The translations under genes were made by a program, and so were the position numbers. Below are positions 46,816-64,000 of a stretch of DNA of 64,000 nt, piece by piece. Position 1 is the first letter of the stretch. Every line of letters begins with the position of its first letter. The stretch lies in the NCBI RefSeq assembly GCF_009914755.1, contig NC_060933.1. The stretch is one strand, 5' to 3'. The notes under the pieces were generated by a model. The model worked only from the letters and a program-made list of their open reading frames with translations. It was not told the DNA's origin and searched no databases. The DNA is from the human T2T-CHM13v2.0 reference genome, Homo sapiens.

Positions 46816-48184
46816 GGGGACAAACTGAGAATGCATGATTTTAGGTAACTAATTTGCAGTGTGAGGGGAGGGAAGGAGCAATAGAAGAGAACACCAAGGT
46901 TTGCAGTATGTGTGAAAGTGGGCAGATGCAGTTGACTGTCAAACTCTGAAGTCTGAAGAGAGACAATGGTAAGTTTTGAACATGTTGACTTTGAGGAGCA
47001 GTTTAAGAGGTTCATAGTGCCCTTTGAGGATATGGTCATGCAAAGTTACCTGAACAATGTACATTTACTCTTGACATCCTGCTTTTTGTGAACAGATCCT
47101 TTCTTTATATTCTCTCAAGCAACTGCCGGTAGCTTATCTTGGATCAGCCAGTTTCCCAGGTGTTAGGAAAGTTAAGGAAATTACATAGGAGGAGATTTGT
47201 TGGACCTGCTACTTTCTTGATTTTAATATTTTATAGACAGTTATGACTTTTCGCTTAAATGTTTTCTCAGCATTTGATAATATGCTTTAAAATCTAATAA
47301 ATATGGTATTTGTTATGCTTCTGTTAAAGAGATTAACTTTAATGAAGATTGTATACCTATAATAGTATTTTTGTTTGCTTAAATCTAGGAAGGTAGAAAG
47401 TATCTTTATGAACTTAGATTCTCAGTATAAACTGTTAAGATGTTCTTATTTCATGTTATTTAGCTGGTCAGTTATTACATTTGAGCACTACTTTGTGAAC
47501 AAATGTAATAGACTGTATGAAAATAAAATATATGCACTTATTTCCAGAAGAAAAAGTAGTTTTAAGCTTATTTGGCTTTAGCAAGTTTGAAAATCATCTC
47601 ACTTTATTTGTGCTCTTGAATTTCATATCAAGTAGGATGGTGGGATTGCCAAAATCAGTAAATGAAAAGTAGCTATAAGCAGATAGATTAAAACTAGTTT
47701 AGACTAAAAAAGTTATTGCCTTGATTTAGGTGTTTATTATCTTTTCACCCAACCTCCTATCACCACTCCGTTACTTTATTTGCCAATGTTAGTTACCAGA
47801 ATTATTTTTCTAAAACTTAGATTTGATATCTACATCAAAGGCTACTTATATTAAAAGCTACTGCTTTCAATATGTCTAAATTACTTAATTTAATTTACAT
47901 TTTTAAAGACTTACACTTTTTTCCTATCTTGTTTTAATTAATGCAATTTATAGTGTTTTACCTTATTGTTTAAAGAACTCCCAATGTAAGATACAACTGT
48001 ATTTGTAAAGATTTTGTATTAAAATTTATGTTTTTACTTTTGACTTTAATGAAATGTTCTTTTTACCTAAAAATTCTCAGATCCCTATATTTGAGCATGT
48101 CTGTTTGTTAAAGCAAACTTACATACTTTTCTTTAAGATCAGGTCACTAAAGTGGCATCAATAAGTAATAAGACTGAAGTTTTC

Positions 48185-49230
<1,046 letters not shown>

Positions 49231-49868
49231 AGGCTGAAGTTTTAAATTCATGAAAAAAATGTAATTTCAAAATTAGGTTTTTCATTGTAGTTGTGATACA
49301 TCCCTGGGAATATATAGTTAATTACTATAAATAAGAAAATTATTACCTATTTTTTACTTATATGGTTTAAAATTAATATTTGATATCTCAGTGCTATGAC
49401 TTAGAAAAAGTGAAAAGTTTATATTTGAATCATAAATCTATAAATATTTACAAGTATTTTCAATGAGGTACATCTACTACCTTTCGGTTTCAGAGCAGTT
49501 TAATGGAAAGTAGAGTACTAAGTAGCTATAACTAATCACCATCTTATAAACTACTGTTGAATATGTATTTGAAATTTGTTATTGTTTGTATATTTTGGCA
49601 TAAAAATGAGAAAGCAGACTTAAAAGAGTTGACTCAAATTTGTTATTTTGTAGTCTATTTTTCTTTCAATTGATTGGTTTACCATTTGTGATTGAGTGTG
49701 CTTATTTTCTAAAAGAAGGTAGCAATGTAGACAAGAAGAAAATATTCCCCAGATTTACTATTTGGCTTACAAACATTGGATTTAGACAAAATAACAAAGA
49801 AAAATAGAGTTTAAGAGGTACAATTAAAAAATTTAAATCGAGTTGTATCTACCTATTTTACTCCCTTA

Positions 49869-50235
<367 letters not shown>

Positions 50236-50592
50236 TTAAAAATAATTCTGGTGATTATCATTTTTATGGATTAATGTTGAAACATTTTCATAGTGTCTTA
50301 GGCTTCATTTCCTGGTGAGTTTATCTTTCTTAACTCAGGTTGTGTGTTGCCATTCCTGTGACGCTTGCCTCACACAGAGTTCCGTAACTTTTCTCTGAAT
50401 TCAGGACCTTTGTGCATGCATCTGTCACAGGAAGCATATACCATATTATTTCGCAGTCTATGTTCTCTTAAAACCTATCAGCTCCTCAAGATCTAAGACT
50501 GTGTAGTTTCATTATTGTATATATCTTGAGCATTAGGATATTGACTGGCATATATTAAGTACTTAATAAATATTGATTAAATAAACATTGCC

Positions 50593-50879
50593 AGTTGGAC
50601 ACGGTGGCTCACACCTGAAATCCCAGCACTTTGGGAGGCTGAGGTGGGCAAATCATTGGAGGTCAGGAGTTCGGGACCAGCCTGGCCAACATGGTGAAAC
50701 CCCATCTCTACTAAAAAAAAAATACCAAAATTAGCTGGGTGTGGTGGCAGGCACCTGTAATCCCAGCTACTCAGGAGGCTGAGGCAGGGGAATCGCTTGA
50801 ATCCAGGGGGCGGAGGTTGCAGTGAGCTGAGATTGCACCACTACACTCCAGCCTGGGGGACAACGCGAGACTTCGTCTC

Positions 50880-50920
<41 letters not shown>
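50593..50920 (+). mobile_element. AluS-like with (CAA)~13 tail
   Basis: Dimer; tail microsatellite at 50880-50920. Confidence 0.9.
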
Positions 50921-51485
50921 ATTGCCTGATTAGATCCTTGTAGCCACCCCGCAAAGTAGATAGTCTAGTTGACATTATTATTATTCACTATTTATAGATG
51001 AGAAGCCTCAAATATTTGGAGTTTTAGTAATACGCCCAAAGTCGCATTAGTTAATTTTGTAGATCTGGGATTCAGCCTGAGTTTTGTTGGTTTGTTTGTT
51101 TTATTCTAATATCTGTTATGTTTGCACAGCGTCAAACCCAAGTTTTATGGTTCTAAAGCCCATTTTCTGTCTAATGTGAAGCATTTTTTTTCTATCCCCA
51201 CCCCGTCTTTAAACTATTTTCTAAAAAGAAACTATTTTTCTTTTAAACTTTATTTTCTGAAAAGGTAAACTATCTACAGAGTTAAAAAATTAAAACAATA
51301 TTAGATCAAGAGTTCTTGCTTTATTCTTGTCCCTCCCATTCCTCTACCCTCCTGCCTGCTTATTTTTATTCTTTTCACTTATTTACGCCAAATGTAGCAT
51401 ACTATATACGCTGATGTGGAACCTGCTATTTTCAACATATGTTAGCAATACATTGTTCTTGAACACTATGTGGAGAACTACATAG

Positions 51486-51800
<315 letters not shown>

Positions 51801-51829
51801 GAGAATTTTCTTTTTAGTAGTTGTTTTGA

Positions 51830-52461
<632 letters not shown>

Positions 52462-52502
<41 letters not shown>
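52462..52502. repeat. (AC)n microsatellite
   Basis: Read directly. Confidence 0.95.
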
Positions 52503-52597
52503 GAGTTGTTTTGTAGCCTTTTTACAGCTACATATAATTATTTTGTTGGAATCTCTTGTTTATTCATCCTATGGTTGGTGGACACAGGGAATATAGT

Positions 52598-52920
<323 letters not shown>

Positions 52921-53029
52921 TAGTAAAATGAACTTCCCACATACCCATCGCCCAGCTTCAATACTTTACTCACGTCAATGGTGTTTTATCTCTTACCTCC
53001 TGGAACTCTCCCAGTTTCAGACCTAAACA

Positions 53030-53185
53030 TTTTTTTTTAAATTTTTTATTTTGAGGGAAGGTCTCACTGTTAATCAGGCTGGAGTGCAGTGGTGCAATCA
53101 CAGCCCACTGCAGCTTCTGACTCCCTGGCTCAAACGATCCTCCCTCTTTAGCCTCCTGAGTAGCTGGGACTACAGGCGCCGGCTG
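53030..53185 (-). mobile_element. Alu right-arm fragment (J-like)
   Basis: caggctggagtgcagtggtgcaatcacagc...gtagctgggactacaggcg. Confidence 0.75.
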
Positions 53186-53397
53186 CCTCCAGACTATTTT
53201 GAAGTAAATCCCAGATATCAAATAACGATAACCATAAATATTTCAGTCAAATAGTATTGTTTGACAATAAGAAGATCACTTTTCTATAGTAAGAAATCTC
53301 AGGAATAAAAAGATCTGTTAAATTTCTTAGGCTTATAAAGATACTCATGTAATAATGTTTCTTGTAAGAGAGGAAGAATACTTCCCTTTAGTTTTCA

Positions 53398-53703
<306 letters not shown>

Positions 53704-54068
53704 TTAATTTATTATATTTTATAAAAGAAGTATCTGAATGGATTAGTAGGTAAAAATTTGAAACTTTGAAAATTTAGATTGAGTTGTATCTACATATCTA
53801 TTTTTCTTTGATAGAATGGGTTATATTGTACCAGCCTATCTTTCATAACACAGTTAACTCTTCATTCTTCTACTCTTTCTCCTTTCATTTAAACATATTG
53901 AGAAAGGGAATAAACTGTCTTTTATTTATTTTTCTTTTTTAAGCCAAAGCAGAAAGAAAGAAGTGCTTGGATGAATGATAATCTGTTACTGACAAAGTAT
54001 TCTACTCAATTTAAGATTGATGCTAGCATTTCTTAGCTTGATTTAATTACTTGTCTGTCGTCCGGTAG

Positions 54069-54230
<162 letters not shown>

Positions 54231-54524
54231 TAAGTATTCTATTGTAAAATTCTCTAAATTAACATAAAGATTTTAAAAGAGCTATATAAAATATGAATGT
54301 ATACTATGTATTTTAGATATAGCTCCCATTAATGTCAGTGGTAGACTGGGGCAAGTGACTTCATAAAACATAACTATACTTTCCTGTATAGGTAAAAATG
54401 GAAATGCTCTTTTGGATATTGAAGTATATTCCAAGTAGCCCAAGAAATTGAGTAATAAACTAGAAAGTAAATACATTAATGTAGTTTGTATTATATGAGT
54501 GATGTAACGCAATATCTTTAAGTA

Positions 54525-54685
54525 TCAAGACCAGCTTGGGCAACATAGTGAGACTTTGTCTCTACAAAAAAAATAAAAAAATTAGCCAAGTATAGTGGTG
54601 TGCACCTGTAGTCCCAGCTACTCGAGAGGCTGAGGTGGGAGGATCACCTGAGCCCGGGAGTTCAAGGCTGAAGTGAGCTATGATC
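54525..54685 (+). mobile_element. AluJ-like central fragment
   Basis: tcaagaccagc...aaaattagcc...gaggatcacctgagccc. Confidence 0.8.
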
Positions 54686-55199
54686 TAAGGCTAAGATCTG
54701 GGGCTAAGATTTCTAAGTCACATAAAATGGTCTATATGAAGATGGATAATATTTGACATTTTCTCAAACTACAGAAATAATAATAATAGCAGTAACACTA
54801 CTACTAATAGTGGCCAACATGCATTGTGGCTCACTTCATACCTAGCATTGCAGTTTCATTTGTCTAACACCGTATGAGGAAGGTATTTTAAAAAATCTCT
54901 TTTACAGATGTGGAAATTGAGGCTAAACAAGAGTAAGGACATACAGCTCCTAAGTGGCAGAATTAGAATCTTTCTGACTCCTACTGATTTTAACCTTTTT
55001 CAGTTTAAAAGCCTTTCATCTTCAAAATTCTGTGAAATGATTTAAGAAGTTTATAATGCATTAATATGTTTCCAAAAATAAGTCAATAGTAGACATTTTA
55101 AACCATTTCCCCCCCCAGAGGGTGAAATTCATACTACCATTAGTATGTGGCATGATAATACATTGGCATATTAGAATTATATTTTAATCTTAGTTTCTA

Positions 55200-55595
<396 letters not shown>

Positions 55596-56680
55596 TTAAG
55601 TGAAAGTGTGATTTAAATAGCGGTAATTTTTGTGAGTGTGACAAAAATCACGAAGATTGCACCTGAAAGACTGAAAACATTAAAAACTCTTAAACTGTTT
55701 GTTTCTTTAATTAATAATGCTTATAATATTTTAAACCAATAATTCTTAACTGAATTTCCTTGCTTCCCTCTAGTATGACTTAAATGACATTCTGTGAATG
55801 TTATTCTAAGGACTTATTTATCCTTTATGTTCTTTGAACCATTGCTTGAATGCATACATTTAATACATTTGAATGTATTCAAATATTATTCAAATATGTA
55901 TTCAAATATTATTCTGCATATAAATCTATTTGAAAGGCTTTTATGTAGAATATAGTGCAGATTTCTTTACTTTTGCTTTAAGGTAATGATTAGGACCTAC
56001 AAGTAAAACTGTAAGAAGTCAGAATGAGCTCCCAATAATTAAAGCTTTCTAGCAATGAAATAATAGACATCTTTCAGGGAACTAGTGAGTTCCCTGCCTT
56101 GGGAAATTCAAAACACAGAGTGGATGATTCTCTGTCATGGATGTTGAAGAAGAGAGTCTTATAAAGATTGGACTGGAGGAATTTTAACCTACTTGCTAAC
56201 ACTTAAGCTCTGAGTCTAACCTATATACTTTCCTAATTGGACCCCAAAGCAGTTTTTTTCCTTAAGTTTTGTTTTGCTGTTATTTGTATTTTGGTACTTG
56301 AAAATTTTTACTCAAATTTAGTATTCCAGTAAGCACCAACTGACAATTCTAAACATTAGTTACATATTCCAACTAGGCACTAGCTAACTAACACTCCTAA
56401 TGCTTTAACATAATGTCCCTTATATCTTCTTCATCTGTATATAACTGTCATAATAATACAAGTTAAATAATAATAAATAAATAATGACAAGTAATAACTA
56501 AACCCAATAATCATTGAAAATTTCTGTGACTTTCCTTTTCCATCCCATCTTCCTTTTCCGTGTATGTGAAATGAAAGCCACTTCCATCCCTACTATCTGT
56601 AGTATAAGAAGGAATGATGTGACTTGAGGGATCTACCTGTACTTCCATTTTCCATTTTCTGCCTGTACTTCTGACCATAC

Positions 56681-56724
56681 TTCAGAATCATCTTTAAAAA
56701 ACCTTTTTTAAAGATGATTCTGAA
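56681..56724. repeat. Perfect inverted repeat, 21-bp arms, 2-nt loop
   Basis: ttcagaatcatctttaaaaaa-cc-ttttttaaagatgattctgaa. Confidence 0.97.
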
Positions 56725-57219
56725 TTTTTTAAATATTTTTTAAAGAAGATTCTGAATTTCTGAAAAAAATTCTGTTGTTTCAAAGTAGTTCTAAGTTTTG
56801 GTTAATGTATTCCAAATAGAGAATTGATAGATTTTAGGTCTTTAAGGTAAATAATACCTTTAACTTACAACTTTGAGAATGTGGAGTTTTGGAGCAGTAT
56901 ATTGTTTTACCTGTTGTGAACTGACGTAGCAGTTTATCATGCTTGAACCTGCCATTGGTTAAGGTTCTTTAAGCTTCTGTTTCTTGCCAGGCAGACCTCG
57001 GCAGGATCTCACTAAAGGCAGGAGAAAAAAAGCTGTGTGTATATTGCAGAGTTATAGTTTTGGTCCATAGTTTCATAACAGTAGACATTCCTACATGAAA
57101 TTATTTTAGATGGAATGTATATATTCCATAATTCTATAATCAAAATTTCTTAGAATAAATTTTTTTCCATCTAAAACTTGCAGTATGAAACCAAAGCTTT
57201 TCAATAATCTTTTGTTTTC

Positions 57220-57512
57220 TTTTTAAACATTTTTTATTTTTAATTATGGGTAAATAATAGTTGTACATATTTATGGGGTATGTGTGATATTTTTATACAA
57301 GCATACAATGTGTGATGATCAAATCAGGGTAATTGGGCTATCCATTAACTCAGGCATTTATCATTTATTTATGTTAGGAACATTCCAATTCCACTTTTTT
57401 AGTTATTTTGAAATATGTGATAGATTATTGTTAACTATAGTTGCCCTGTTGTGCCACCAAACACTAGATCCTGTTCCTTCCATCTAACTGTATTTTTGTA
57501 CCCATTAACCAT
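57220..57512 (-). mobile_element. L1MA-like 3' end
   Basis: tatttatgggg...gcatacaatgtgtgatgatcaaatcagggtaattggg...ctaactgtatttttgtacccattaacca. Confidence 0.8.
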
Positions 57513-58724
57513 CTGAATTTTCAAATATAGTAAAGTCTTCATTAGCTGTGACAACTGATTGCTGGGCAATAGTAGGGAGAAAGAGATCATAGTAATCCTT
57601 AGGTATAGTTGAAACATAAATTTAATTTGAAACATCATTAGTCAAATATATCATGCTGAATGGACTGCATCTAAATTTATTTCTTAGACTCAATATTTAG
57701 GAATTTATTTTTCTAAATATATCACCCAAAAGGATAAACATATCAACGGTATTGTAACTTAGTAGCATTATTTTTGTTTACATTATATGTAAAACATAGT
57801 CCAAAGATGGCTATTTGTTAAAATAGCCTGTTATTGTCAAATTCTTAGCTGAAGTCTTAAAAAAAAAAAAAAAAAAAAAAGAATGGGACTCCAGTAGGAA
57901 AGAAGGGATCCTAGCTACAAACTTACTTCTCCTCTCTTCCCTTTCTTGCCTAAATCCTCCACCTTTTAAGTCCTGGCCCTTTCCCATCAGAATTCAGAGA
58001 CAAGGCATCTCCTTAACCTGCCCTACTCTTGCTCCACTTACTCCTTCTTGGTTGGGAGTTTAGCAGCATGGTAGGAGCCAGCTTTTTTGTCCGCCAGAAT
58101 GCTCAACAGCAAGGTGTGTTCCCCCATTTCAGTGGACACAGTTTGGCCTTTATTTATAAAATAGTACCAAAAAAAAAGCTGTGTGTGTATTGTGTGTGTA
58201 ATGACAGATGCACTTAATTATCTATTTTTTGAGTAACAGCAGTTTTTAACTAAAATCTTGATTTTATCAAATTAATACATGTACACAGTCTAATGAATAA
58301 AATGGTACTGTTAGGCTCATGAAAAACAGCAGTTTCATGCCCCATTGCTCTCTACTATCAGTTTCTACTCCTTTGATGCATCTACTTTCAAATCTTATTG
58401 CTGGTTCTTCTGATATTTGATTTCATATTTCTAAATAACAGGCATAGTATGCCATTTTTTTCAGTTTCTACCTTTAAATATCTATTGGCTTCTACTTATA
58501 TATCTCTATTATATGCTTCTCCCACACCACAGACACTCCTTCCCTCTTCCCATCCTTTCCATAGAGTTATATTTTTGGGTTCAGCATACTTTATTTTTTC
58601 TACAGTTTAATTTTTGTTAACCCATCTTTTTTTATAGCACATTTTATTGTGTTCTTTGTTATTTATTGTCTGTCTTATGTAACAAGAAACTTTGTTTTGT
58701 TTATTGCTGTCTTGTCAGTGCCTA

Positions 58725-59018
<294 letters not shown>

Positions 59019-59236
59019 ATACTTGCAGAATCAACAGATGAGAATAGTTAATAATTGCCTCATTTTAAACTGTATTAGTTCATGTGATTAACCAATCACT
59101 TATTAAATTATTTGTAAACACTAACAGAACCGAAAGTCTCTCATGTTCCTACACCTCAGAGACGCTATCATTTTAAATTTCTTCTAAGAGATGTTCCTCC
59201 TGGACTCTTCTGTCTACTTTTTCCAGTCTGGAAAAG

Positions 59237-64000
<4,764 letters not shown>

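Overview
This is primate genomic DNA, very likely human. It covers the interior of the + strand gene CCDC171 (coiled-coil domain containing 171): three coding exons (11155-11301, 45023-45115, 54069-54229) with canonical AG/GT boundaries that join in frame, separated by very repeat-dense introns. The introns hold two full-length sense L1PA elements (B 15938-22183, C 32158-38313) and two long antisense L1PA copies (A 12204-15860, D 59237->64000). They also hold shorter L1s, a decayed Tigger1, MER82/MER58, MaLR and ERVL LTRs, about 25 Alus and several microsatellites. Nearly all ORFs in the supplied track are broken L1, Alu or Tigger frames. I find no new gene system. The most interesting signal is that neighbouring L1PA copies share unusual variants in a patchwork pattern, including two identical ORF2 nonsense mutations in A and C, which points to local non-allelic gene conversion. 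Also notable are a TSD-flanked ~530 bp mini-L1 with two internal deletions, extended ORF0 frames that read out of both full-length L1s, a locally templated ~110 bp insertion inside an MLT2 LTR, and a perfect 21-bp palindrome. Repeat subfamily names and the gene identity are recognised from memory of consensus and protein sequences, not from a search. Repeat boundaries are approximate.
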